Assembly (NCBI GenBank): GCA_964507525.1
Contig: CAZDQB010000005.1
Span: 45,058 to 109,057 of the forward strand
Source: an uncultured Sediminibacterium sp.
Lineage (GTDB): Bacteria; Bacteroidota; Bacteroidia; Chitinophagales; Chitinophagaceae
Direction: 5' to 3'
DNA length: 64,000 nt
In this document: in pieces, positions 27,718-37,298 of the stretch
How positions within the stretch are numbered: the stretch's first letter is position 1
Layout of the letters: each line of letters begins with the position of its first letter
The notes under the pieces: model-generated
What the model was told of the DNA's origin: nothing
Seen by the model: the letters and a program-made list of their open reading frames with translations, nothing else
Database searches by the model: none
Program-made: the position numbers and the translations under genes

Positions 27718-28449
27718 ATGCTGGTGATTGACCATAAAAGTAAAATTCCCTTGCATGTGCAGGTGGAGGAGCATTTTCGGAAATTGATCGGATCTAAAAA
27801 ATTTGAGAACGGGGCTCTCTTGCCCAAGGAGGTGGAACTGGCTAACAGATTGGGGGTATCCCGAAGTACCATCCGTCAGGCTACGAATAAGCTGGAAAAC
27901 GAGGGATTGATTGTTCGCAAGAAAGGGGTGGGTACTAAAGTAGCGGAAAAAAAAGGGCTACTTACCGGACTTGATCATTGGTATAGTTTTACACAGGAAA
28001 TGCAGGAGAAGGGTATTCGGGTTACTAATTTATCATTAAAGGCGGAATGGGTGGATGCCAATGAAACCATCCGGACTTTCTTTAATTCAAAGAGTGATAA
28101 AAAGATTCTCAAGTTATCTAAGTTAAAAGGAGCGGCATCCGGAGAACCCATTGTATATTTTGAAAGCTATTTTCATCCCAGGATAGGGTTAAGTGAAAAG
28201 GATGAATTTAACAGGCCTTTGTATGCAATGCTGGAAGAGAAGTACGGCATTATTGTGAACCGGTCTTATGAAAATATCAGCGCTAAACTGGCGGGTGCGA
28301 TGGCAAAGAAGCTGAAAACAGACCCTGCTTCACCGGTCTTGTTCAGGGAGCGGTTCGTTTATGATATCGGGGATAGGGCAGTTGAATACAATATTGGCTA
28401 TTATCGTTCAGATAAATTTACTTATTCCATTAACATTAAGAAAGTGTAA
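27718..28449 (+). CDS. GntR-family transcriptional regulator, HutC subfamily (wHTH + UTRA effector domain)
   Basis: 243 aa. LPKEVELANRLGVSRSTIRQATNKLENEGLIVRKKGVGTKV is the GntR wHTH. The length and the C-terminal pattern (VYFESYF...NIGYYRSDKF) fit a UTRA domain. Confidence 0.88.
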   Translation: MLVIDHKSKIPLHVQVEEHFRKLIGSKKFENGALLPKEVELANRLGVSRSTIRQATNKLENEGLIVRKKGVGTKVAEKKGLLTGLDHWYSFTQEMQEKGIRVTNLSLKAEWVDANETIRTFFNSKSDKKILKLSKLKGAASGEPIVYFESYFHPRIGLSEKDEFNRPLYAMLEEKYGIIVNRSYENISAKLAGAMAKKLKTDPASPVLFRERFVYDIGDRAVEYNIGYYRSDKFTYSINIKKV

Positions 28450-28489
28450 AAAATAAACAGCGTTTGCGAATGGATTTTTTATCTTTTAA

Positions 28490-28510
28490 TATGTTCAAAC
28501 ATACGAACAA
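28490..28510. promoter_or_regulatory. Operator-like site (reverse complement = TTGTTCGTATGTTTGAACATA)
   Basis: Contains the exact reverse complement of the 14-mer at 23420-23433. Lies 55 nt upstream of the GH38 start at 28565. Confidence 0.5.
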
Positions 28511-28564
28511 GTAACTGTAATAGTAAACTGAAAAAAATATCATATTTATCTTAAAATAACTCGT

Positions 28565-31500
28565 ATGTATAGAAGCCTCCTAAAAGACGCCCAAATTTGT
28601 CTGACGTTTATTATGCTCTTTGTTGTTGGGTTGTCCTCAACTGTTGACGCCCAAAATTCCAGACAGCATTTGCTTTGGCAGATAGGTAAGCCGGATAATG
28701 AAATGCGCGAGTTCGCCCTGGCCCCGGACCGGCTAAAGGAATTTACGAAGGATGGCTTTTTTGTCGTGGGACGATCAAATGAAAAAAATGATTGGCCGTA
28801 TTGCCATCCAGGGCCGGACGATGCTTGGGCTGGCAATAAGCAACACGCTTTTTCTGTTTTTTTTGGTATTAAGCATTTGGTCAAAACGGGAAATTGCCAA
28901 CTGAAATTTAAATTAATGGATGTTGGTAATGCAGCTGTTAAATTAAGTATTCAGATCAACGGTCAGGAATTTAAATCAGTACTGCCGAAAGGTGCAGGAA
29001 CAGGCATAAAGGGTGATGTTGAAAAAGGGAAAAAATATGCATTTGAAATAACCATTCCCGCATCCATCCTGGTGAGGGGCGACAATAAGATTACCATAAC
29101 GACTGAAGCGGGAAGCTGGTTTATTTATGATTGGGTGGGATTCGAAGCCCCTTCCGGTATTACTTTAGGATCTGTACGTACAGCTGTTGCAATAGCAGCC
29201 TTGAAGGGACTCCCGTTTATCTCCGCTAAGGGAAATCTTCATTGTCAATCGGCGGAATTATCCCTCACCAATACGGGCGATTCAACGGATATAACCATAC
29301 ATGTACCAGGGCTTCCGGCTCAGGTATTTGGCGTAGCGAGGGGAAATCAACAAATAGAAATACTTACGCCGGCAGTTGCCAAAGATTCATCCCTGAAAAT
29401 TACCATCGGCAAGGAGGGGAAAATGATTGATCGCAGGACAGTTACGATACGACCGGTTGCCCAAATGACCATTTATATTCTTCCCCATTCACATAATGAT
29501 ATCGGCTATACGGAGATCCAAACGAATGTAGAAAAGAAGCAGATAAATAATTTATTACAGGGGATCGAATATGCTAAAAGAACAAAGGATTACCCGGAAG
29601 GCGCCCGGTTTGTTTGGAACCTGGAAGGATCGTATGCAGCAGACCTATACCTGCAGCGAATGAATGAGCAACAAAAAAAGGACTTTTATGAAGCTGTGAA
29701 GAATGGGGGGGTGGCTTTGAACGGTATGTATTTGAATACGCTGACTGGTCTTTGCCGGCCTGAGGAACTATTACAGCTCTTCAAATTTTCGAATGGATTA
29801 GCCAGGAAATGCGACGTCAAGGTAGACGCCGCGATGATCAGCGATGTACCCGGCTATACCTGGGGAACGGTCACTGCGATGGCCCAGGCCGGGATTAAAT
29901 ATTTTTCTGCGGCGCCTAATTATTTTGACCGGATAGGCGATATTTTGCAAAAATGGGAGGACAAACCCTTTTACTGGGTATCCCCTTCTGGCAAAGAAAA
30001 GGTATTGGTTTGGATTCCTTACAAAGGATATGCATTGTCTCATGGCATAGCCCGTCTTTCGGAAAAGTTCGTTTCGGCTTACGTCGGTCAGTTGAAAAGT
30101 ATCGGTTATCCCTATGATATCTCCTACATTCGTTGGAGCGGACATGGGGACAATGCAGTCCCTGAAATCGAAATCTGTGATTTTGTAAAGCAATGGAATG
30201 AGAAATATGAATGGCCGCGGTTTATTATTTCATCGACAAGTACTGCATTCAGTGCATTTGAAAATAAGTATGGAAGCCAATTACCCAGTGTAAAAGGGGA
30301 TTGGACAGGGTATTGGGAAGACGGTGCGGGTTCATCTGCTTTTGAAACAGCGCAGAACAGGGCCAGTTCCTCCCGGTTAACCCAAGCAGAAACACTTTGG
30401 GCGATGGTCGACCCGGATCATTATCCTATAGACAAAATTAAAGCGGCATGGCGGCATGTGATTTTATACTCCGAACACACCTGGGGAGCTGACATCAGTA
30501 TTATGAATCCCTTAAGTCAAAAAACCATAGAACAATGGGATATTAAGAAATCTTATGCCACTGCTGCCAGCGACCTGTCGACGGAGCTTTTGGCCGGGGC
30601 GCTTCCTAAGACAGGCGATGAAGCTGCGGCTGGGGCGATTGATGTATTCAATACCAATTCCTGGGAAAGGACCAATTTGGTGCTTGTTACCCCGCTACTG
30701 TCCGCTAGCGGTGATGTGGTAAAAGATGCGCAGGGAAAGACCATCCCTTCCCAGCGGCTTTCCACTGGCGAACTGGCCTTTGTTGCAAAGGACGTACCTC
30801 CTTTTGCAGCCAGGCGATTCTTTATTTCCACCGGCAAGTCCGTTTTTAAAGGCGAAGTGCATGCTTCGGATCATTCATTGGATAATGGAGTCCTTCGGAT
30901 AGGTATGGATGATACGACCGGCGCCATAAAAAGCATCAGGAACTATACAATCAATAACAATTTTGTGGATTCCGTTTCTGGCAACTATGCGAATGATTAT
31001 CTGTTCTTAAATGGGAATAACCTGGCCAATTTGCAGCGCAACGGCCCAGTAAAGATATCCGTGAAAGAAAAAGGACCGGTTTTAGCTACCCTGCTCATTG
31101 AATCTGCCGCACCGGGGTGTAATAAACTAGCCAGGGAGATCCGGCTCGTTAATGGGTTTGATTATGTTGAAATGACCAATATCCTGGATAAAAAGCCCGC
31201 TACCTTAAATCCGCACCCGGGCGATTATGCCTGGGCCAATACAGGAGGTAAGGAGAGTATCAATTTTGGATTTCCTTTTAATGTGTCGGATGGGGCCATG
31301 AAATTGGGCTTGCCGATGGCGATCATGCGGCCGGAAATTGAGCAGATCCCGGGATCCTGTAAAAATTGGCTGGAAGTGGATGGATGGGCAGATGTCTCTA
31401 ATAAGGATTTTGGAATAACCTGGGCTACCCTGGACGCCCCGCTTGTACAGGTCGGAGGTATTACGGCAACCATGCTGGGAGGACAAACCAATCCCGATGT

Positions 31501-31960
31501 TTGGCGCAAAAAGATCGATCCTACCCAAAAATTGTATTCATGGGCCTTAAATAATCATTGGGAAACGAATTACAGGGCTTACCAGGATGGCGTCATCACC
31601 TTCCGTTATGCCCTGAAACCCCATCACATATTTGAACCGGTAGATGCAACAAAATTTGCAGCCGGTTTAGCTCAGCCCTTGATTATAAAAAAGGCCCTTG
31701 GCAAAGAGCGGTCGGTTCCCAAGCTGATGCTGAGTTCGAAAAACATCGTGGTATTCGTATTGAAGCCCAGCGAGGATGGGAAAGCCTGGATTGTAACGCT
31801 TTTTAATTCATCGGATAAACCGGAGAAGACAACCTTGCATTGGTCCGAACCTGTAAAGGCGACCAGCTACAGCAATACCGGGGAAATGTCCCTGGCTCCG
31901 CTGCCGGGTGAGATTGAGATGGGGACCTTGGAGGTGGTTACCATTAGAGTGGATAAGTAA
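28565..31960 (+). CDS. GH38 alpha-mannosidase with a ~300-aa N-terminal accessory (CBM/lectin-like) module
   Basis: 1131 aa. The GH38 core begins at IYILPHSHNDIGYTE (~29470), then ISDVPGYTWG (nucleophile Asp region), YSEHTWG and a C-terminal beta-sandwich. The N-terminal module has WQIGKPDNEMREF...DWPYCHPGPDD...IYDWVGFEAP. Confidence 0.82.
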   Translation: MYRSLLKDAQICLTFIMLFVVGLSSTVDAQNSRQHLLWQIGKPDNEMREFALAPDRLKEFTKDGFFVVGRSNEKNDWPYCHPGPDDAWAGNKQHAFSVFFGIKHLVKTGNCQLKFKLMDVGNAAVKLSIQINGQEFKSVLPKGAGTGIKGDVEKGKKYAFEITIPASILVRGDNKITITTEAGSWFIYDWVGFEAPSGITLGSVRTAVAIAALKGLPFISAKGNLHCQSAELSLTNTGDSTDITIHVPGLPAQVFGVARGNQQIEILTPAVAKDSSLKITIGKEGKMIDRRTVTIRPVAQMTIYILPHSHNDIGYTEIQTNVEKKQINNLLQGIEYAKRTKDYPEGARFVWNLEGSYAADLYLQRMNEQQKKDFYEAVKNGGVALNGMYLNTLTGLCRPEELLQLFKFSNGLARKCDVKVDAAMISDVPGYTWGTVTAMAQAGIKYFSAAPNYFDRIGDILQKWEDKPFYWVSPSGKEKVLVWIPYKGYALSHGIARLSEKFVSAYVGQLKSIGYPYDISYIRWSGHGDNAVPEIEICDFVKQWNEKYEWPRFIISSTSTAFSAFENKYGSQLPSVKGDWTGYWEDGAGSSAFETAQNRASSSRLTQAETLWAMVDPDHYPIDKIKAAWRHVILYSEHTWGADISIMNPLSQKTIEQWDIKKSYATAASDLSTELLAGALPKTGDEAAAGAIDVFNTNSWERTNLVLVTPLLSASGDVVKDAQGKTIPSQRLSTGELAFVAKDVPPFAARRFFISTGKSVFKGEVHASDHSLDNGVLRIGMDDTTGAIKSIRNYTINNNFVDSVSGNYANDYLFLNGNNLANLQRNGPVKISVKEKGPVLATLLIESAAPGCNKLAREIRLVNGFDYVEMTNILDKKPATLNPHPGDYAWANTGGKESINFGFPFNVSDGAMKLGLPMAIMRPEIEQIPGSCKNWLEVDGWADVSNKDFGITWATLDAPLVQVGGITATMLGGQTNPDVWRKKIDPTQKLYSWALNNHWETNYRAYQDGVITFRYALKPHHIFEPVDATKFAAGLAQPLIIKKALGKERSVPKLMLSSKNIVVFVLKPSEDGKAWIVTLFNSSDKPEKTTLHWSEPVKATSYSNTGEMSLAPLPGEIEMGTLEVVTIRVDK

Positions 31961-32231
31961 GGAAAACCAGTAGTTTGAGATCAATTGCTGACGGGTGGCA
32001 GTGTGCTCCATTCCGGAACTTCCATTTGAAGCTTCTGGTGCATATCTGTCAAGTGGGTCAAACAAAATTGATTTCGCCCTGTGCACATGATTATTTACAT
32101 TTTAACGGAGATGATTATCCTGACTTATCAATAACCACTTCACGATAATCAAAATAGCATAAGAAACGATCAATAAAGCAGCAGGTAATTTTGCCTTTGT
32201 ATCGCTTGAAAATCTTTTTTTTAACGAATTT

Positions 32232-33134
32232 GTGGGGGTGGATTTTCCCATCAATTTAAATAAGATAGTACTGGGCACCAGTGGCATTGGAGGGGTTTGG
32301 GGACCTGTTGATTCCCATGAATCCGTAGCAACTATTGTGAGGGCACTCGAGGCAGGTATTACCCGGATTGATACGGCACCTGCTTACGGTAATGCCGAAA
32401 TGTATATTGGCCAGGCTTTAAAAGAGTGGAAGGGACCCCGACCAGCCATCCATTCAAAAGTGGGCCGCCTTAAGTGCTTTTCACCTGATCAGGCTTTGTT
32501 TAATTACGATCGTCAGGCTATGTTGGAAAGCGTAGAAAATTCACTTTCGACATTGGCTGTTGAACAATTGGATACACTTTTCTTACACGATCCGTTGCAC
32601 CTGCCAAAAGATAGGTTCCAGTCTGTAATTGACAATTTATTGTACTTGAGGGAAAGGGGCTACGCAAAAAAAGTAGGATTGGGTGGTAATCTCCCGGATT
32701 GGATGGCTCCCCTTTTAGATTCCTATCCTTTCGACGCTCTTATGGAATTCAACAGGCTGAATGCCTGTTGTACAGAAGCCATGCAAGACCATCTCCCCTA
32801 TTGTATCCGGCACCAGATAAATTACTATGTAGCAAGCCCTTTGAATATGGGATTGCTTGGTATCAATTACGGAAAGTTTACTTTTGAAAAGCCATCATGG
32901 CTGGATAAAAAATATGTTGAAGTTGCCAGGCAGGCCAAATGCTTAGCTGACGCGAATGGGATGGAGCTTTCCAGTATGGCACACAGGTTCCTGTTTTCAT
33001 TTGACTTGCCGATATCCATTGTTATAGGGGCTGCTAACAGACAGGAACTGGAAGCTACATTGGGCGATCTGCACGCTGGTCCGCTGCCGGAGAATTTAGT
33101 GAATGAAATCAGGAATTGTACCATAAGAAAATGA
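32232..33134 (+). CDS. Aldo-keto reductase (candidate sugar 1-dehydrogenase)
   Basis: GTG start. Context for the AKR catalytic tetrad is present: IDTAPAYGNAE (Asp, Tyr), HSKVG (Lys), LFLHDP (His). Confidence 0.8.
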   Translation: MGVDFPINLNKIVLGTSGIGGVWGPVDSHESVATIVRALEAGITRIDTAPAYGNAEMYIGQALKEWKGPRPAIHSKVGRLKCFSPDQALFNYDRQAMLESVENSLSTLAVEQLDTLFLHDPLHLPKDRFQSVIDNLLYLRERGYAKKVGLGGNLPDWMAPLLDSYPFDALMEFNRLNACCTEAMQDHLPYCIRHQINYYVASPLNMGLLGINYGKFTFEKPSWLDKKYVEVARQAKCLADANGMELSSMAHRFLFSFDLPISIVIGAANRQELEATLGDLHAGPLPENLVNEIRNCTIRK

Positions 33135-33141
33135 AAATTTG

Positions 33142-34314
33142 ATGAGTTGCATTGGTAATGAAATATTTAATATTTCGCGGGTAAGTTTAAGAGTGCTTGA
33201 ACCTGTAAAAGTGGTTACTCCTTTTCAGGATGCTACGATGGGGCCATTTGTTTCATTTGGATTGGCACTCCTTATCTTGGAAGATGAAGATGGCAATATA
33301 GGGGAGTCGCCGGTTTACAGCACTTACACAAACATTTTGGAAACCTGTTTGCTGCCAATTTTATTGCATAACAAGACGGTTCCCTATCATATGTTGTATC
33401 AGCGGTTGTATTGGTCAATCAGGAATGAAGGATTTCGCGGACCAGCCTCAGCCTTATTGGGACAGATTGACCTGGCACTGCATGACCTGGCTGCAAGGCG
33501 TTCAAAATTGCCATTGCATAAATATTTGAAGGCATCGCGTAACCATGTGCGGGTATACGGCAGTGGAGGTGGCACCAACTATACACTAGAAAATCTTGAG
33601 GAGGAAATCAATGGATTCCTGGAAGCTGGTATTGATTGTTATAAGATGAAGGTTGGTAAAGACTTTGGGAAAAAAATGAACGAAGATATTGACCGGGTGA
33701 AGTTTGTAAGAAGCCTTTTAGGAAAAGAGGTGAGGCTGGCGGTAGATGCAAACCAAGTATGGAATATAAATGAAGCATTGAAATTTATAGACCTGGTTGC
33801 CGATCAGGAAATAGCATGGTTTGAAGAGCCATTGCATTCTGCAGCTTACGAGCAAATAGCTCAGTTGTGTGAGCAATCTCCAGTTAAAATATCATACGGA
33901 GAATCTGAACGTACGTCAAAAATGTTTCCAACGCTACTGAATATTGGTGTAAAACACTTACAGCCGGTGCCTACGCATTTAGGTAGTGTGAAAGAATGGA
34001 TGGATGTTAGGGATATGGCCAATAATTCTTCTCTTGATTTTTCATCCGGAGGGTATACGATGTATACAGCTTCTTTGATGGCATCCGCACCTGAGCATTT
34101 TCGGGTTGAATACCTGTATTCAATTATGGTTGGGTTGGAGTTCTATTTTGAAGTTTGTCCGAAGTTGGAAAATGGAAAATTTCTGCTGCCCGAAATAGAT
34201 GGCTTGCCCATACGTGTTGACTGGGAATATTGGTTTCGGATGAACAAGGTAGTCAAGTCACAATCCTGGCAGCGTGAAAATGTAAAAGAATATCTTCCTA
34301 ACGTAACCATGTAA
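33142..34314 (+). CDS. Enolase-superfamily enzyme (mandelate racemase / sugar-acid dehydratase-like)
   Basis: CYKMKVGKD (K-x-K), AVDANQVW (metal Asp), WFEEP (metal Glu), SYGESE (metal Glu). The track start at 33139 is a TTG; an ATG follows at 33142. Confidence 0.78.
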   Translation: MSCIGNEIFNISRVSLRVLEPVKVVTPFQDATMGPFVSFGLALLILEDEDGNIGESPVYSTYTNILETCLLPILLHNKTVPYHMLYQRLYWSIRNEGFRGPASALLGQIDLALHDLAARRSKLPLHKYLKASRNHVRVYGSGGGTNYTLENLEEEINGFLEAGIDCYKMKVGKDFGKKMNEDIDRVKFVRSLLGKEVRLAVDANQVWNINEALKFIDLVADQEIAWFEEPLHSAAYEQIAQLCEQSPVKISYGESERTSKMFPTLLNIGVKHLQPVPTHLGSVKEWMDVRDMANNSSLDFSSGGYTMYTASLMASAPEHFRVEYLYSIMVGLEFYFEVCPKLENGKFLLPEIDGLPIRVDWEYWFRMNKVVKSQSWQRENVKEYLPNVTM

Positions 34315-34333
34315 AAAAATTATAACGATTGCA

Positions 34334-35896
34334 GTGAATTTTGCCTTTAAGAATATAGATTACCTGGTATTGGTTATTTATCTGGTGGCTTTATTTGTTA
34401 CCGGCTTTTATCTTAGTGAGCATAAAACCAGGGAAAACGGGGATATGTTCCTGGGTGGAAGATCATTGAAGTGGTGGCAGATCGGGTTCTCCCTGTTTAG
34501 TGCCAATGCCGGGCCAATGATGCTCGTCGGATTTGCAAGCCTTGGTTTTTCACAGGGTGTTGTTGGAAGTAACTTTGAATGGCTGGCCTGGGTCTTCCTC
34601 TTGCTGCTCGCAATGTTTTTTTTACCTCATTATCTTTCTACTAAGATAAGTACCATGCCCCAGTTCCTGTTGTTGCGATTTGGGCAGCGCTCTTTTAATT
34701 TCCTGGTGATCTATAGTTTATTCTCGATACTATTTGTTTGGTTGGGTAGTGCGCTGTATGCCGGTGGATTAATTATTTCGCAGATATTTGGATGGACCCT
34801 GTTAAAATCGATTATACTTGTTGCTTTGATTGCTTGCAGTTTTACGGCAATGGGTGGTTTTAAAGCGGTTGTAAGGACAGGTATTTTTCAATCTGCAGTG
34901 ATCATTCTTTCATCAATGCTGCTAACTTTTTTTGCCTTTAAAAAAATAGGAGGGGTTTCCGCCCTTATTAGCGCAACACCGCCTCATTATTGGAAATTGT
35001 TCAGAAGCGTTGCCGATCCTGAATATTCCTGGGTGGCAATACTTACAGGCTATCCAGTTGTTGCCATCTATTATTGGTGTACTGATCAAACTATTGTGCA
35101 AAAAGTACTTGCAGCTAAAGATTTAAGAGAAGGCCAGCGTGGTGCAATGTTCATTGCATTCCTGAAGATCCTTATGCCATTCATTTTTATTTTCCCAGGC
35201 ATATTTTGTTACGTACTTTTCAAAGATATTGCAAAGCCAGACAACGCTTATATAACACTTGTTCAACAATTGATGCCAGGTGGTTTGCAGGGTTTGTGCA
35301 TTGCGGCTTTGGTTGCAGCACTGATCGATACTGTTTCGTCCGGGCTCAATTCTTTCAGCACCATCCTTACTTTGGATGTAGTGGCAAAAATCCGTCCGAT
35401 GGATGCAGCCTCCAGCAGAAACATGGGGAGATGGCTTACACTGGTGGCCGCAGTTTTGTCGGTCGGAATAGCTTATTTGTATGCCAACTCAGGCAAAGGT
35501 TTTTTTGAATTGAGTCAGGGTTTGGTGTCTATTCTTGCACCGCCATTATCTGTCGTATTCCTGGCAGGTATCATGTGGAAAAGAGTAAACAGCCTGGCGG
35601 CGGAATCGGTATTGTACGGAGGCGGGATTATTTGCCTCATTGTAGGAGCTTGTCATATATTGAATTATCCCTCGCCCAATTTCTGGCCGCATTTCCTTCG
35701 GCTCTCCGTTTATCTTTTTGTTCTTTTGACTGTTGTTATAATATTGGTAACACTATGTACAAAGAAGCAGGAAGGTTATGACCTGCCATCGCCTTTCGAA
35801 TCAAAAAAACCGGGAACTAAAAATGCAAGTGCTGTATGGTTGGGTTGGGCTATTCTTGCTGCAATAATGTTCCTGTTGTATATGTTGTTCAGTTAA
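34334..35896 (+). CDS. Sodium:solute symporter (SSS) family transporter
   Basis: 520 aa, GTG start, about 13-14 hydrophobic segments. SSS-like N-terminal pattern FLGGRSLKWWQIGFSLFSANAG. Confidence 0.82.
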   Translation: MNFAFKNIDYLVLVIYLVALFVTGFYLSEHKTRENGDMFLGGRSLKWWQIGFSLFSANAGPMMLVGFASLGFSQGVVGSNFEWLAWVFLLLLAMFFLPHYLSTKISTMPQFLLLRFGQRSFNFLVIYSLFSILFVWLGSALYAGGLIISQIFGWTLLKSIILVALIACSFTAMGGFKAVVRTGIFQSAVIILSSMLLTFFAFKKIGGVSALISATPPHYWKLFRSVADPEYSWVAILTGYPVVAIYYWCTDQTIVQKVLAAKDLREGQRGAMFIAFLKILMPFIFIFPGIFCYVLFKDIAKPDNAYITLVQQLMPGGLQGLCIAALVAALIDTVSSGLNSFSTILTLDVVAKIRPMDAASSRNMGRWLTLVAAVLSVGIAYLYANSGKGFFELSQGLVSILAPPLSVVFLAGIMWKRVNSLAAESVLYGGGIICLIVGACHILNYPSPNFWPHFLRLSVYLFVLLTVVIILVTLCTKKQEGYDLPSPFESKKPGTKNASAVWLGWAILAAIMFLLYMLFS

Positions 35897-35905
35897 AAAA
35901 ATGAT

Positions 35906-36346
35906 ATGAAAAATTTCAGGACAACTACCTTATTGTTTTTTTTCGCTGTGCTTATATTTTTTTCAACTTGTAAGAACAGGCAGAACAACGATACACAACA
36001 GAAAATGGAACAGAAAGTTTTTGTTGTAAAGATTGTACCGGATACTGATAGCATGCAGCGTTATATCGATTATCACCAACACGTTTGGCCCCAGGTAGAA
36101 CAGGGGTTTAGAAAAGCGGGTTACAAAAAGATTGCATTGTATCGGTACGGGCAACTGATAGTAATGACCATCCTCGTGCCGGAGGGATCAGATCTGGCAG
36201 AGATGGGTAAAGTGGCAGAATCTTACGACAAACGTTGTGCGGAATGGAGCCAGCTAATGAGTAATTACCACGTGGGTGTGGATGGAACCAAACCCGGGGA
36301 GAAATGGGTAGAGGCACAGCTTATTTATAACTTTACGCGTGAATGA
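35906..36346 (+). CDS. rhaM: L-rhamnose mutarotase-like protein with a lipoprotein-type N-terminal extension
   Basis: The core YIDYHQHVWPQVEQGFRKAGYKKIALYRYGQLIVMTILVPEG...AEW fits the RhaM pattern (Y..H..vWPe...G..nysIf). The first 22 aa, MKNFRTTTLLFFFAVLIFFSTC, look like a signal peptide with a lipobox. An alternative start, MEQKVF at 36005, would give the canonical ~113-aa cytoplasmic form. Confidence 0.7.
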   Translation: MKNFRTTTLLFFFAVLIFFSTCKNRQNNDTQQKMEQKVFVVKIVPDTDSMQRYIDYHQHVWPQVEQGFRKAGYKKIALYRYGQLIVMTILVPEGSDLAEMGKVAESYDKRCAEWSQLMSNYHVGVDGTKPGEKWVEAQLIYNFTRE

Positions 36347-36349
36347 GCT

Positions 36350-37216
36350 TCAGGCTTCCACCTGGTATTGTTTTAGAAAATCTCTTGGTGATAATTTTTT
36401 TACTTCCTTGAAGTGTTTATTAAAGTTAGAGATGTTATTATAACCACTTTGGTAACAGGCTTCCGTAACATTGTGATTCCCTTCCAATAATAATTTTGCA
36501 GCATGGCTAATGCGTACCTCCTTTACAAAGTCGATCAGCGTGCGGTTGGTTTTTGATTTAAAGAACCGGCAGAAGGCTGCAGGAGACATGGGGATAATGC
36601 CCGCTACTTCCTGAAGCGAAATTTCTTTTTTAAAGTTTTGGAAAATATGATCGAATACTTTGTTTATTTTCTGCGCTTCACCTGAATTGTCGATAGCATT
36701 GTAATAAGGAGAGGATAAGATTTGTTTGGAATTGGATTGTGTAAGAATATCAAGGAGCCTTAACATCAGGGCCGCCCTGCCCAATCCTGTTTCCAGTAAC
36801 ATCTGTTGCATAACCATTTTTGCTTTTTCAATGGTTGAACCTGTAAACAGCATGCCCTTTGCCGCATTTGCAAACAGCTCATTTAACTGTTTACCTTCCG
36901 GTTTTCCCAATAATTGTTTGCCAAGAAAATCAGGAAAAAAATGAATTACAATTGCCCGTGCCTGTACAAATGGGTCAATCGTTTTATAGTATTGCCAGCA
37001 ATGCGGAAGATAACTTCCGAGTAATACGAGTTCCGTTCCTTCAAAGTCCTGTATATGATCGCCAATAAAGCGCTTTCCACTACAGTTTTCCAACAAGGCT
37101 ATTTCAAAATTTATATGCGATTTCAGTGTCGTGAATTTTTTTATCTCCAGGAACTCTGATCTTATCGTAAAAGACTGATCGGGGGGGAAGGTGAAATTCT
37201 CATAAAGGTATTGCAT
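36350..37216 (-). CDS. AraC-family transcriptional regulator
   Basis: 288 aa. C-terminal dual HTH: LQEVAGIIPMSPAAFCRFFKSKTNRTLIDFVKEVRISHAAKLLLEGNHNVTEACYQSGYNNISNFNKHFKEVKKLSPRDF. Divergent from the SusC at 37385. Confidence 0.88.
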   Translation of the reverse strand: MQYLYENFTFPPDQSFTIRSEFLEIKKFTTLKSHINFEIALLENCSGKRFIGDHIQDFEGTELVLLGSYLPHCWQYYKTIDPFVQARAIVIHFFPDFLGKQLLGKPEGKQLNELFANAAKGMLFTGSTIEKAKMVMQQMLLETGLGRAALMLRLLDILTQSNSKQILSSPYYNAIDNSGEAQKINKVFDHIFQNFKKEISLQEVAGIIPMSPAAFCRFFKSKTNRTLIDFVKEVRISHAAKLLLEGNHNVTEACYQSGYNNISNFNKHFKEVKKLSPRDFLKQYQVEA

Positions 37217-37284
37217 ATTTAGCCAGCGTTTGTTCCAATTAGCAGCTAGTAAAAATACAAAAAACTATCGTGTTGCATGCATGT

Positions 37285-37298
37285 ATATGTATGAACAT
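37285..37298. promoter_or_regulatory. Operator-like site ATATGTATGAACAT (13/14 match to 23419-23432)
   Basis: Lies in the AraC/SusC divergent intergenic region, about 90 nt upstream of the SusC start. Confidence 0.3.

Noticed and set aside
32102-32287. 61-aa minus-strand ORF with one hydrophobic segment
   Set aside because: It overlaps the start of the aldo-keto reductase gene and has no supporting features.
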